A DNA stretch of 64,000 nt from Vicugna vicugna (lineage: Eukaryota), in assembly GCA_013265495.1 (NCBI GenBank), contig MU058065.1, positions 8,122,302-8,186,301 of the forward strand. Direction: 5' to 3'. Both the position numbers and the translations under genes were made by a program. Numbering within the stretch: position 1 is the first letter of the stretch; each line of letters opens with the position of its first letter. This document shows, one piece after another, positions 13,374 to 28,204 of this stretch. The notes under the pieces are model-generated. The model made no database searches. It saw only the letters and a list, made by a program, of their open reading frames with translations, and was not told the origin of the DNA.

Positions 13374-16300
13374 GCTCAGCCTAAATCCCAAACCACCAGA
13401 CCCTGTAATCACCCTGTCAGGACACGAAGAACAAAATCTGCTTTCCCTTCCAGTTCTGAAGATTCAGGACGTATTTTCCATCCACTTAATAGAGAAAACC
13501 TTCTATCAGGTTTCCTTTCAGCCTTCCTCCACTCCTCTTTTCCTTCCTTTGATTCTTTTTTCCTTTATGTATCTTCTTCATCTGTGCTTGTGTGCCGCCC
13601 ATCTCCCTCTTTCTCTTACTCTCTCTCTCCCTTTTCTTCCCAATTCAATGCAATGGAATGTTTTTCTTTGGGGATCATGCAGGAATTTCTGACATCTGGG
13701 AATGGGGACAAGGTATATGTATTTAGAATATACATATTGAGTTCCATGTCAAGAATTTGCTATTCCTTGATTACAGTCTAATCATATGTGAGGGCAGGAA
13801 GACTTTCTGCTGAGGCACCAGCCTCAAGAGAGATGTTCTACCAGCTGTCACAGCCTCCTCCCTGGTCGTTCAGTTGAGAAGCAACATCAGACATCCTTGG
13901 GCCATTTCTTACCGAGCAAAAATTTTAGAAGAAACATGCTTCTGGAAAAATAATTAGGACATTTTTAAAGAGACATCCATCATAAAACTTGCTCCTATCT
14001 TCTTTGAAAAAAAAAATTAACATTGGAGTAAATCAATCTGGGATTCAAATTTCCAGGGTAGGATTAAAAGAAACATATAAAGGTTCAATGCTAGCAATGA
14101 TTCTAAATACACATCAGCTTCATGTGTCAAACTGTTTTTCGAATTCAATGCATTTATGAGTGCCTTATGCCCCACCTTAGAACAGAGACATGGAGTCGTG
14201 AAAGATGCTTTGTTATCAGGCAACCCTGCTTTTGAATCCTGATTCAGCCACCTACCGGCTGTGGATGTAAAAATACTTCTCTGAGCTTCAGTTTCCTCAT
14301 CTATGAAACAAGAGCCAAAAAATATCCAACTCTTAGGGTTGAAAAGATTTGATGAGATAATGTTTTAAAGCCCTGGATAAATGTTAATTTCCCTCATTCC
14401 CACATCCTTGCCTTCGGTGCAGAGAGAGATGATTCAAACAGGTATTACCACGACCTTAAGTCAAGAAGATTACAACCTTGTTGAAAAGACAACACTTAGT
14501 AATATATAATAAGCTGCCAAATTGGTGCAAAGTTGGAAACAATCGACACACAAACAGTAAGGGCATAAAGGGGACAGCCTGACTGGGAATGCTTCACAGA
14601 GGAGATGGCTCTTGAAGAATTGCTAGTTTGGAACAGAACTGAAGCTGGCATTTCAGGCCCAGGTGTGGAGGGAAGAATCAGACTAACGTGTTTGTGGCGA
14701 GTAGGAAGACAAGCCCAGACTGACCAGAGAAGAGAAGCTGTGGAAGGGAGCCACACACCATGATGCAGCAGGAGAGGGAGAGGGGCAGGGGCTCGGTCTG
14801 GAAACGCTGGGCAACCAGGCAGAGGCAGGTAGGCATGACTTCATCAGAAATGGCATTAATTGCAGGTTCTGATATCATGAGATCAGAGTTTGATGGAATG
14901 GAATGGAAAGCCAAAGGCCTGCAGGAGGGGCCAGTAGCAGGATCATCACCAAAGGAGGGAACGGGGAGGGTCACTCATGGCTTAGATGCTGGGGTAAAGG
15001 GGAGGAGGGATCAGGGTTGACTCCTGGTGTGAGTCAGGATAGCAGGGAGGAGGGGGAACACACTGACAACACGGACACTGAGAAGTTAGGACGGAGGCTG
15101 CCTGAAGAGGAAAGCCGTCTGGTGGATTTGGGGCCGGTTTATGTAAGATGGCTGAACAAGAGCCCTCCACGTGGATGTCTCCAGGGCCTGGTTCTACTTC
15201 TATTTAATGCCATCCCTCCTCTCACTTTCTTCCAGCATCATGTTTCGTAAATCCTCAGCTGAATTCATAACTGGGTCTGCCTCGAGGCAGGAAGTTATGC
15301 AATCTGTCCAGAGGAAGCCAGAGGCAAGCTCAACACCTGCGCTTCCAAAGTCTTGGGCCCCTGAGATAGTCAGCTAGCTGTCCCCCAAATGTTGTGTGCC
15401 GACTGCCTCACCTTTTTGCAGAAGGAAAATAAGAGTTTCTGGAAAGGGCTTGATTCCATATCAGGCAAAATCTCATGACTTAGGGAGAGTCAACACCATA
15501 GAGAATCTTAGAATCCAGAGATAACCTGGAGATGTTCTTTATGGGCTCTTGAGAATACCCTTCCTCAGTCATGTACATTCCAGCTACTTTCTCCCAGCTG
15601 GGAACTTGTCTGTTTCTGTAAGGTGCCCTTTGATGAATGGTCAGAGGGACCTTGCATGGGTCTCCCTGCCCATGCTGCATCCTGCCTCCAGAAAGGCTCA
15701 CCCTTATCTGCTGCTGCAGTTTACCATGGCTTGGGCTGGCAGAGCTGTGTGGGATTCTGGGCACCAGAATAGCGAGCAGGCCTGGAGGCAGCCAGCATCA
15801 GGAATCGAGGAAGGGAGTTCCAGATGGAAGCAGCAGAGTGTGAAGATGCTTGACTGCAGGCCAGCCCCGGGGCGGGGGGAGACGTGCGGGGGCTTGGAAT
15901 GCCCTAAAAGGTTCCAGACCAGAGGAGAAAGGCTGCTAGGAAAGGCTGAGAGCATCGGCACGCAGACCCAAAGGAACGCCTGGTATTCAGCTCCTATGTT
16001 AGAAGATTTGGGGAATTGCAGGCTACCCGGGATTGAAATCACCCTCACCCTAAAATCCTCATGTCCACCCTCGAGCCTCCTGCCGAGATGACCAAAGCGG
16101 TGTTTCTCAGAGATGGAAATCTGCCACGACTCTTATGGGTCATTCATTCAAGACCCCCTTCTGTTGCCTTCTATGAAATGTTGAGAAGGATAGAAAAATC
16201 TCACTTCAGATTTTTCTGGACAACTAGAAGGAAACATAAACGCAGAGGAAATGATTTACATCAATTACAAGAAAATCAATAAAAGTTCGAGAATGTAAGA

Positions 16301-19300
16301 ACTTCTCAGGAGTCCAAGAGGGTGTGAGGCACAGACTACAGTCTCGAAAGCGAGTCTCCATGTTCTTTTGTGGAAGAGACAACCACACTGGGCCTCGGTT
16401 TCCTCATCTATAAAATGGGGAGACCATTCCCTACCTTGCCTCACTTGATATCACAGACAGTAAAGCCTATTTGGATACTGAAGACCTTGACATCTCCAAA
16501 GGAAATTTCTTATGACTTCTCCAAGGTAGAGGCTTAGGAGCCGCAAGGTTATCCAACCAAGGAGATGGGAGAATGAGGGCCCTTCACCCCTAGATCCTTT
16601 CCCAGAAGCACTGACAGGTACTTGGGGCCAGAGCCACCTGCAGTGTGCCGCCACACGGCGCTTACCCTTTCAGCTGCTGCCACACCTGCTTTCAGGTGGT
16701 AGGTAACCTGTTTTATTCCTACCGATGGAATCCTGACTTGACCACTCCCAGGACTGTGATCCCGAGTCCTCCAGGACTATCTCCCGCCAGCCTCCATCAG
16801 AGTCCCAGGGAGCAGGTACCTTCTGGAGGCAGGGCCGAGTCACATGCCCAAATGGAGGCAAAGAGAGAACACTGAGGACTGGCTTAGAGCCCGGGAAGCC
16901 TGAAGCACCATCTCAGCCTGCAGTTTCAGCTGCAGCCGAGGGAACCCCAGTGTCCTGATGAGCTGGCTCGGTGGGGAGTGGGGGACTAGTCTGGGGTCTC
17001 CCACCTCTACCTCAACCACAGTAGCTCTGATGTTATTGGTCCTATATACGGGGGTTCCATATATGCTTTTGTTCACTAAAGGGATTCCGTGGCTCTAAAA
17101 AGGTTTATAAAACTCTATCTACACTAATATATTTTATAGGTAAAGAAACCAAAGCCTAGAGGTGTAAATTAATTGTACTCAAGACTTCTTTAGAATCGGA
17201 TACCAAATCCAACAGATGAGTTCTACTGGGGGAAGTGCCCACGCTGCCAACCCCAAACTAATGTAACATGCACATAACATAACTCCCATCTATCCTATAT
17301 TCTCGCTGTGCCTTCAGCTCCTACTATTCCCTCAATTTCTAAACACTTCTAGGACAGGTAGAGATGCTATTTAGGAAAATGTCCCCTATGTGTCCTCCCT
17401 CTAGGGCACTGCAGACCCTCCCCTCAGCTCTGCTTTGTACGTCTTCCATCATTAACACTCCATCCTGTTGGTAGATCTAAGCTATGAACATCTTGAGGGC
17501 AGGGACCACGACTAATTCCACAAATCTGTTCAGTCTCCGCATTAGGCACAGTGCCAGTAACTCGGGAAAAGCTCAGTAGATGGTTGCCTGAGTGAGGAAA
17601 GGAGGGAAGGAGGGAAGGAAGATACTTCTGCACAGACATAACCTCCTGGTTTCTCTTCTCTAAGTAAGCTAACCTCCTCAGCTTTTTTTTCTTCTGGGTT
17701 ACAGAGGGCAAATGCTGTAAATCCTCTCCAAGGGGAAAGTTGGGCAGATGTACTTGGGAACATTTGAAAAACTAGGTTGGCATTGGAACGGAAACAGCCA
17801 ATATATTTAGCTACCCATGGCATGCCAAGGCCTTATTGAGACAGAAATAAGCACTGTAGGAGGAATCTCAATTAAATATTTTTCCAAGCAGTCAGTTCTG
17901 GGCTTTGCCTGAACATGGATATAGAGCTGGGGCGAAGCATAGGACAGGAAGCCAAGAGGATTCTGAGCGGGGCTTCTGAGACATCTTGGGGCTCAGCTGC
18001 TTGTATTGTAAAGCTGGTGACCCCAGGGGTAGGGGACTGGCCTACCTCCATGATCCAAAGAGCAGGATACCCTCCTTTCAAGCACGTTCCAGAATCCCCT
18101 ACATGGGAGGGACCCATCATCTCCTCCACATCTATTCTTAAGTAGTGCCATGTCTCTAAAATATTCTCCTACAAGCTCTACCCGACCATTTCCATTAGTT
18201 ACCACTGCCTAAGAGTCTTGCCTTCTCAAGAAATAAGGTTTCAGAATGACCTGAGGGGAGACCACGCTTTGGGCATGGAACTCCACACACATCCTGCTTA
18301 TCTTTGTTAAAATACTCAGTTCTTCAATCCAGAGGCATAGGGATGACTGTCCCAAGTTGACTAGGGTATGAGGAGGGGTTCCATGCTAGGCAGGCTGAGG
18401 ATGAAAGGGGCTACCTGGCAGTGCCACAGGCAATCCGGTACAGAAGCCAGATCTGTCTGCCAACACACACATGTGTGAATAATAACAGTATCTCTCCTTT
18501 TTCATATTTGGGATCATACTGTCTTGAAAACATCTTTTCTTACTTAAAAATGTATCATCAACATTTTCCCATGTCATTGAGTATTCTTCTACGACGTGAT
18601 TTTTAACATCTATATCGCATGCTCTCATTTAGAAGTCAGACTTTATTTAGCCAACCTCCAGCTGTTAAGCATTTAGATTGTTTCCTGTTATTATAACGCT
18701 GAAATGAACACCCCCAGGGCACAGCCTTGTGTTCATTTCTAATCATTTCAAGAGACAGAACGGCCTGGCGGTTAAGAAGGGCCTTGCAGCTGCTCTCCCC
18801 AAATGGCAACCCCTCAGTCGTTAGACGTTGCTCAAGTGGCAGAGCCTCCCTGGGCCTCATTTTCTTTATTTGTAAAATGAGAATTTACTTGTAAAAAGTA
18901 TTTCTAGTATTGACCTTATAAGATTGTCCTGAGGATTAAGTACGTTAATAAATGTAAAATGCTTAAAAGAATGCCATCCTTGACATTGTGTTGTTGGTTG
19001 AAAAAGTACTCAACAAACTTTAATTATTATGTCTTTAGGGTTATATTCTTTGATGAAGGATTTCTGCATCAGCAATTTTATACATTTTTAAGGCCTCTGA
19101 GACAGAGCCCAATTGCCTCTCTGAAGGATTATGCCAATTTACATGCCCACAAGCAATTTATAAAGACGTTGGGTGGTCCACAGTCTTCCAAATCTCTTCT
19201 TTTAGAATAGTGAAGATGTTTGCTTTCACCAACCTGGATTTCTCTGTACTGGTGGGATTTAGCACTGATGACCCCTCTTTCTTGAAACCGCAATTCCCTG

Positions 19301-22300
19301 GCTCTCTCTCTCTGTTCTCTGGGTTCTCTTATATCTCTGACCTTTCCTCCATGTCTTCTGTTGCATCCCCTTTCCTGGGACCAAGTAATGCTGAATGTTT
19401 CGTCGGGTCCAGACCTCAGCAGCCTCCTCCTCTTTCACCACATCCTTTTTCTCGGAGGTCTCAGCCTCTCCACCTCCTTGGTTTTCCGACACTTGTAGTT
19501 CTCACTTATCACTAACGTCCTAATTCTGCATCTCCACGTGGGTGTCCCTTCATCTCAAATCTCCAAGTCTAACACCAAGTCCATCATTTTATGCTTCTTC
19601 TCCTCCACCTCCCAATGCAAGCTCCTGTTTCCATCTTCCTGTCAAAAAGCTTAAGACTTCAAAGACATCTTGAACTCCTCATCCTCCAACATCTAGGCAG
19701 TCATCAGACCCACATATTTTTTTCTTGGAATCACCTGAAATGTCGCTCCCTTTCCATACCCAACACTATCACCCTTATTCAAACTTTTATCAGAAGGCAG
19801 GCCCTCTTGCCAACCAGCTCTCTCCTCCTGCACACACCTTCCTTTGATCACCTCTGGGACGGATCTCTCAACACCCAGCCCCTCCCCTACTCAAGCATCC
19901 TCTGCAGCCCCCATTGCCTGAGTGAAACCCGTACTCCTCCATTTGACATTTAAAGACTTCAAAGAACGGATACTACTCTATATTTCAGCCCTGATTGCTG
20001 GACATTTTCTTTTGTGATTTTCTTTGCCTAGAATATCCATTTGCTCTAAATCCTATCCATCCTTCAAGTCATTCTCTTCTCTGAAGCCTTTTCTAGCCCA
20101 CAATAATAACTTGTTATAGTTGGGACACTTGGGCTACAGGCAATAGTTTGAGAAATGCTCAAACTGGCTTCAATCGTAAGGACATTCACTCTCTTGCCTC
20201 AAAGGAAATCTATGGGTAGAGTAGCCAACAGGGTCAACTCTAGCAAACACTGTTGCTCACCAACATCTATTTCTCTCTTCCCCTTTCCTAGCAAAGCTTC
20301 GATTTTGTTCGAGTCTCTACCTCTCCTTCACTCAGCCTCGTGCTCTAGGGAGGCTGACCTCATTTCATAACTGAAGTAAATACTGATTAAGGACACAGGG
20401 CCTAAGTTCAAAACTTAGTTCTGCCACTTCCTAGCTGCGTGGCCCCTGGGCAAATCATTTTAACTCTGCATTGCAATTTCCTCACGTATAAAATAAGGAC
20501 AGTAATAGTACTTCTTCTGGAGCATTGTAACACAAGTGTAGCGCTTAGCACAGAGCCCGGCACATAATTAAAGTGTATGTTTGGAGTACCTGCTGTTTTG
20601 TACCCCAACGAAGATAATTAGACAGTCCTGGCATTCCCATTCTCTTTTTGGGGGTAGCCACGGGATCCAGTGCTGGTCGAAAAGTCATCAGGGCAGGCTG
20701 CTGGGGACCTTCTGGGGAGATTATCCTAACTCTTAAGGAGGAGACACAAGGTCTACTGCCCGCTGTTTCCATGGACTCTGCCATGTCTGATGTCTGATGT
20801 CCCGGATGTGCAGCCTGAGCAGGTGGGCCCCAGTGTTGGTTGAAGAACGTCGTCCTGGACCCAGACTCTCTTGTCTCTTTGCTCACCGTGCTTCCGTGTG
20901 CTGGTTTCTTCCAAGCAGCAAGTTGACTGTAGCAGCCCCAGTCATCACGTTACAGGCACAACAACAACCAGAGAAATAGGGAGCTTGCCCTTCCCTGCAG
21001 CTCTTTAGGAGTGAAAGAAGTTTTCCCATAGGCTGCCCGGAGGACCCCCGTTCCCGCCTCATTAGCTAGAATTGCGTCACCTGAACCAACTAATAGCAAA
21101 GGAAATAGGGTTTTCCATAGCCCAATCAGGGCAAGCCTAGGGCGGGGAGAGGGGTCATCATCCCCCGAGGCAAAAACGCAGCAGCATTTCTACTGGCTCC
21201 TTTGCCCACTGGAAGTGGTGTGAAGGTGAAGGATTTCCATGTAAGGCTCAAGAGACCTGGGTTCTGGTCCTGGCACTGCTGCTAGCTAGCTGGATGACTT
21301 TGAACAAGTCATTTAACTTCTCTGGGTCAGCGTGCTCATCAGTAAAGCAGGAATATTAACCTTGCCTTCTTCTTGTAAGAATCCAATGAGACTACGTAAG
21401 GTGGCACTTTGAGAGCTTCAAGTTGTTCTGTAAAGTGCGCGGATTTTAAGGGGCTGTTTCCCTTCTTCATGACTCCGCTCTCAGGCAACGGAGCTCCCCA
21501 GCCAACAGCCAGCTCGGGAAGTGGGTCAGGGATGGCTGTTCCCTCCCCTCGGCTGCTCTTTTGGGGCTGCCTCATCTCATAACCCACTGCTGTATCAGCA
21601 GCCCCACGAGGGGTCATCTGTCCATCTTCACCTCCATAACCACAGGGCTTTTTTGCACTTGAAAGTCTTTAGGAAGAAAAATGGCCTGCCTCCTTCAGAT
21701 GTCCAGGCCCTTCTGCCTCAAGCCTCATGTCAGAGGGGCTGGGATGTTACGTTTTTATCTAGAAGGTCTAGGTCGTCTTTCTTTTGACCCAGTCACCTAA
21801 GATCTGTAAAGGCCAGACGGGAAGGTTTTAGAAAGCAGCTTTTGAGAGCATGGACTCCAGAATCAGGCAGTGTCTGGGTTAGATGTGGGCCTCAATGCTC
21901 AGTAACTGGCTGCTCTAGGCAAATTATTTAGTCTCTGAACTAAGTTTCCCCATCTTTAAAATGAGGCTATTAATGTCTACTTCGTAAGGCAGCTCTTAGA
22001 TAAAACATGCAAACCACTCAGCACTGGTTTGTGCCTGGCACGTAGCAAGAGCTCAAGAAGCAGCGGCTAGGCCTTCCAGTCTATTTATACCGATTGTTGG
22101 GAAAAACTAATTCTAGCTCCTATCCATCCTTCGAGGAGGTAAGAGCCTTGGAAAGAGAACAAAGAGGTCTGGATTCCAGTCCTGGTGCTACCACCACGAA
22201 CAGTGTGGTCTTGGTCACCCCATTTCTCTCTCAGCTTCCATTTCCTGATCCATAAAGTGGTGGGGGGTGCAGGGAGCAGCCCCTCAGACTGCTCCTTATG

Positions 22301-24212
22301 CCAGATGCTCATGAGTTTATTTTTGTGGCTTCCAAGTGCTTCCGTGACAAGACTTCCCAGAGTGTCCTGTCCATCAGATATTCAGAATCGGCTCCCAGGA
22401 CGGTCCACGTCCAGGCACTTGCTCCAGGGAGTTCCTCACCATTTTCGGGCACAGACACTGCATCTCCAGATCGGCGCTGCTGCTACCCTTTCGCTTCTAT
22501 CCAGGGCTCCTCCTGGGTTTCCATCCCCACCCCATCCCCCAGGCCTCTGTGTCCTTTCACTTTCTTGTCTCCTGCCAAAATTCCTGGCTCCCTAAGCCAG
22601 GTAGGAAAGCAGTTTAGTTCGACCCAATCTGGCACTTTCTCAGAACCTCCCCTGCCTCTGGCACATTCCTTGTGTTTGGGCAGAACCCAGGGAGCTAGAG
22701 AATTCCTCTCCCTCCTTAGCGTGGGTCCCCGTGTTGGCATGCCAACAGCCCCAAATATTTAAAGCAATCATGAAAATGAGCTCAGAGTCCCATGCCAGGG
22801 CCTTGAAAGGAATTAGGCTAAAAACAGGACAAAGGAAGAGGTGAGGCCAGACAGAAAATGCCATGAAAGGCTCTGCCCAGCACTGCCAGGACCCAGATCC
22901 CTCCTCACTGGTTTCATTCATCTGTAGCCAGGCACTGTGCTAGGCACCAGGGAGGCTAAGCTACATGAATCATCGTGCCTGCCCTCGAGGAGCAATCAGT
23001 TCAGCGGGAGAAGCTACACAGACAATCAGAGTACCGAATGGTAAGTATGGGCAAGACGTCACCAAAGGCACAATGGAGCCACAAGGAGGGGGGTGTCACC
23101 TCGGCCAGGGAGGTCAGCAAGGCAACTCCTAGACCACTGGCCCAGGCCTGGCTTGGGACAGGCGTTTACCAGGGGACAAGGTGGAAGATGTGCTCCCAGG
23201 CAGAGGGGAAACAGCAGATGCCAATGCACAGGCGCCTGAGGCAGGGTGGAGGAGAGGGAGAGAGTGCTCATGGGTAGCTGCCTGGTAAACGGTAAAGACC
23301 CGGCGTCTCTGTCGGGCGTGCTTCTGCACGTGTAACGCACAAGACAGAGAACGAAGGTAGCCTTACAATTTAAGAATTTTTTTTTAAATGTTGACAGAGG
23401 TGGACATTTGGATGCTTGTGGACAGAAGGAAAATCTTGAGCAGAAAGCCTTTATCAGAAGGGCCTTTGAGTGTGAGCCAAGCACCGTGTGTGTGTAGGGA
23501 GGGCAGTGAGGCTGTGTGCCCACGAAGCAGCACCTTTCCTGTGATCAGTCCAGGGAGGCTGATCCCCTGCTGCAGGGGAGATGGGATTTCCCAGGTCACT
23601 TATGTGATGGAAGAGAGTCGGCTTGGCAGACTGGGAGAACTGGCAGTCCTCCAGGCACCTGGCACTGCACAGGGAAGGTGCCAAGGTCTAAAGCAGATGC
23701 CGAAGTGAGTGAGTTGTGATTAAGGGAGCCCCAAAAGGAGATGAGAGAGGTGGGGCAGGCCCAGCGCCTGCTCCTGCCAGAGTGTTTCCAAGTCTTCACC
23801 ACAGGGGTGGAGAGTAGCTTTGACCTGAATCTTGGTGTGCTGGGTAGTCACAGAGAAATTTCTTTTGGAAAGAAATGAGCAAGATGAAAATGACGCAAGT
23901 GAAATGATCATCAGGTGCTGTAAAAAAGGAAACCTGTTATGACCAAAACATCTGCTAATAACAGTGCTGGTAGCAGCAGTATCTTTATTTATTTAAAAGG
24001 TTCTAACATTTACTAAGCACCTACTGTAAGGCTGGCTATGTTAAGCCTCACAGGCACTTAATCTTAGCTTCACAGGCACTGAATCACAACAACTTCAAGA
24101 GATCAGTATCCTTATTAATGCCATTCTACAGAGGAGGAAATTTCTCCTCAGAAGCCTAAATGAAGGTCCAGGATGCCCTAAAATCAAGCAATGTGCATTT
24201 AAAAAGTGAAAG

Positions 24213-24581
24213 TGTTAGAGGCTAACTTGTGTCCATCCCTCCCTTCAAATTCATATGTTGAAGTCCTAACCCCCAGAACCGCAGAATGTGGCTGTATTTG
24301 GAGATGGAATCCTTCAAGTAATTAAGTTAAAGTGAGATTAAGGTGGCCCCTAGTCCAATAAGAGAAGGAGATTAGGACACAGGTACAAAGGGAAAACCAT
24401 CTGAAGACACAGGGAGAAGATGGCCATCTACAAGCCCAAGAGAGAGGCCTCAGAAAAAATCAAACCTGTCAGCACTCTGTTCTTGGACTCCCAGCCTCCA
24501 GGATTTTGAGAAAATACATGTGTGCTGTTTAAGCCACCCAGGCTGTAGCGTTTGTCACGGCAGCCCAAGCTGACTAATGCA
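24213..24581 (+). mobile_element. MaLR solo LTR (MLT1A/B-like)
   Basis: TG...CA ends; hallmark strings aaattcatatgttgaagtcctaaccccca and ttggactcccagcctccag...aagccaccca. Confidence 0.85.
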
Positions 24582-25633
24582 GGGAGCAGTGGCCCAGGGG
24601 TGCCTTAGAGGAGCTAGGTGAATCGAGTCTGCAGGAAGCAGGCGGTGCCCATTCTGGGGAGCTGACCACCACATGCCTTTGCTTTGTTCTTGGCTGTAGG
24701 GAACTGGAGCACATCTTGGCATCCTCATCTGAGCGCTGAGCGTGACCAACCTCAGATGGTCCAGAATTGTGTCGCAACAGTGCCACTGATGAGTGTCTTC
24801 CTTCACAAGATCTGGACTTGAAATCAATAGATTTAAAGAGATTAAAGCCCTAGATAGAAAATGAGCAAAGCCACCATAATCTTTCCTTTATATACCTTTA
24901 TACGCCAGACCTCCAGGAGAGGTGAGGTCAAGGGGGCAGATCAATATCTGCTCGAGAAGCAAAACTGGTACGCTAAAGGAATTCACACTCTCACCTGGAA
25001 TAGATCGGAGTCCAGAGGATGGACCCTCATGAGAGACATCATTAGGATTGGTCTGTAACGAGGTCAGCAGTCACTGTGTCTGGGCTCTTGAATTCTTCGA
25101 AGCAAGTTAATCATTAAAGGGAAGAGGCAAAAATATAGTCTTGAAGTTTGGTTAAATTAAAATTGGTCTAGTCAGAGAGTGGGTTGGGGAAGAGGGTTTC
25201 AGGAATTCAATCTGAGGAGACCCAGGTTGCCCTGGAATCTGTAGTTAATCTAGAAATTACCAGAGAAACAGACAGAATGAGGGCTCCAGTTTTCAGGATG
25301 GTGGGGTATAGAGATGGAGGAGTCAGGGAGAGGCATCTGAAACTTCAAGAAAGTTGGATTTCTGTGCTGAGAATAGACTTTAAAATAGGTACAGGCTACT
25401 AGGACAAAGGGAAGGCTAGCCAGAGAAATATGGAGGACGTCCTGGAGGAGGCGCTCTGCAAGCTGGGCTCTGGAGGAAGGAGAATATGAAGCTCAAAGAA
25501 CAGCCGAGGGTAATTTTTCCCGTAGAAAGTGTGAGAGAGAAATTCAAGACAGTTCAGGGGCAGCAGGCAGGAAGTCCCCCACGAAGAGTTTAAGGCTGGA
25601 AGGGAAGTATTGGGCAGCACCCTAGAGAGGGGA

Positions 25634-25671
25634 GTGTGTGTGCGCGCGCGCGCACACGCATGTGCACACAC
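25634..25671. repeat. Alternating purine-pyrimidine tract (GT)n(GC)n(AC)n
   Basis: gtgtgtgtgcgcgcgcgcgcacacgcatgtgcacacac. Confidence 0.9.
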
Positions 25672-28204
25672 TCTGGGACTTTAATGGGGAGGATCACTTG
25701 ATCAAACATCTCGGGTGAGAAGAGAAACTGTTAGAGCCAGAGCTAACAACAGTGAGTTGTGGAGAGGGCTGGGGGGACGCAGCAGGCGCCTTCCATGCTG
25801 GGAGGGGGGCAGGGATAAGGGGTCATGAAAGAGGCCTGCTGGAGTGTCAAGTTGCAGCTCAAGTGATATCCAAGCATCTCGTATTTCTATTTTATCATTT
25901 CCACACTTACTTCCAGCAAGCAGAGCACGCCATCTGCACAATGTTGGGCCAAAGAAACAAAACCCAAGAGGAAATTGCACTACGGGGCAGCATAATCGGT
26001 CCGATACGCCTGGGATATTAGCTGAGACATGTGTGTCTTCACTTATCTCAATATTAACATCCTGATTGTTTCGAAGCAGGACGTTTCCCATTTGGCCTGG
26101 CCAAGAGGCAGCTCCAAAATCAGCCATGAAGTGGCAGCTTTCCGGTCTCGCCGAACTTCTCTCCCCTGCTCCTAAATCATGTTTCTCCCCAGTCGCTGCA
26201 GATAATTCTCACGTGTTGACAGGTTATACACTTCAAGACAAGACACCAGCAGCAGTCTGGGTCTGAACAAGAACCAAAAGTGCAGCAAGGAGGCAACGTG
26301 AGATGGATGTTAAGTGACAGGGGCAGAAGGTGACCTGCCCGCCCTTCCCAGCTGTCTCTCTCCTTGGCCAGCTGACATGTCTTCTGCAGCCCATGGGGGC
26401 AGTGGCCCATCTCAAATAAGTCATGCAAACTCCTCAAGCCTTAGTTTCTTTCTATGAAAAGCAGGCTCAGCAATGCCTACCTTGCAGGGCAGTAGGAAAA
26501 ACTCCTAATACAATGCTCGGCACACAATATCCACAGTATCAAGAAATACTTTGCGTAATAATACTCATAGTGAAGGCTTGTATGGTGCTTACGACATGCC
26601 AGGAATGGTTTTAAGTACTTCATTTATATGACTGATTTAATCCTTCATAACCCTATAAGGTGAATCCCATTACTGTCTCCACTTTACGAGGAGGACGCTA
26701 AGCCACAGAGAGTTTCTGTAACCTGCCCATGGTCACAGAGCTGGGAGACCAGGGATTCAAGCTCAGGCAGTCTGGCTCCAGAGGCTGGGTGTGAATAGAT
26801 AAGTGAATTAATTAAAAAGCTGGTGTATTGGTGTATGGATGGACAAAGAACGTGGATCCTCTTGAGCTTCAGTAAGGGGCAGGTTATCTAAGCAGCACAT
26901 TGACAACCTGACAGCTGGAAGCTCTACTCCCCGCCCTGTGGGGCCTGGGCACCACAGCCAGTCATCTAATGCTGCTGTGCGGTGGCCTCACCTGCTCTGA
27001 GCCCCCTTACTGACACAAGGACAGTACATGCTATAATCTGGAAATGTAGAACTGGAAAGGACCCAGAGATCACCTAACCCCTGACGGTACGTTTGAGGGA
27101 ACTGAGGCAAGAGAGGGGACGTGACCAGCCCAGGGCCATGCGGCGCCTGAGACGGGACCCACGTCCTTGCCCAGCACTGTTTTCATGACACCATATGTCC
27201 TCTTCTTCGTGCCAGGAAAGTTGAGTCTGAAAGTTGGAAGAGCAATTACAGACAAAACAGCAAGGCTTCTGAAGAAGAGCTGAATGCATGAATACACAGT
27301 AAGCTGCTTTACAATGAGGTCTTCCCTTCTTGCAAGTTCCTATTTATGTGAGTCTGATGAAGTCATCAGGCCCTGCCTCTTCTCCTGCCTTGAAGGCACA
27401 GGGAGGCATGGAGGGCACAGGACACTGGTACAGAATGCACCCTCCTCGACCAAACAGGCCATTTGCTGTTCCCCAGCCATCACAGCCAGCACGCACTTTC
27501 TGGTCTTGAGGTACCTTAGGCCAGTGCGTAAAGTTCTGGCTCCAGCATCAGCCAGGCCTAGGTGTGACTCTCCATCCTCAGCTCACTGGCAGGTGACCTC
27601 TGCCAAGTACCTTAACAGTCTCCCTGTCTCCATTTTCCCATTTATCAATCGGGGATAAGAATCCCCTCCTTGTGGGGTTATATAAATGAGATTAACACAT
27701 GCACAGAAAGAATTTAGCAGAGGGCCTGGTACTCAATAAACGGGAGCTAGGATTGCCTACCTGGGAGGTCTTATTCCACATGCCATCCTGACTTATGGTT
27801 GTTTTGGTTTTCGTCTTATCTGCCTCCTAAGGAGATGCCTATCTTACTGGCAGGATCTGGGCCAAGTTCATCTTTCCACTCCTGCTGCACCCAGAGCCCT
27901 GCACAGACTCGGTGCTCAGTGAGCATGTGTTCAGTGGATTCAATCGAAGTGAGCAGGACACAAACAGGATGAGTTCACTGTAACCAGAAGCAGGGGTTAC
28001 AGATTGTGTAAAAAGCCTGCGGTGACTGCCTTTCTAAATAGGCTTCAGCGGTTCTGGGTAGGAATGGAGGCGGGGCATGGCTCACCACTCTCATTACTCA
28101 TTTTCTTATGGGTGATGAACACAGTAATGATCACCTCCTCCTGTACAGGACTTCAAATAGTCCGTGTCGGGCTCTTCACACTCTCAACCTCATTTCATGC
28201 TTAC

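Noticed and set aside
26092..26104. TTGGCCTGGCCAA, NFI-like palindrome
   Set aside because: The spacer is 3 bp rather than the canonical 5 bp.
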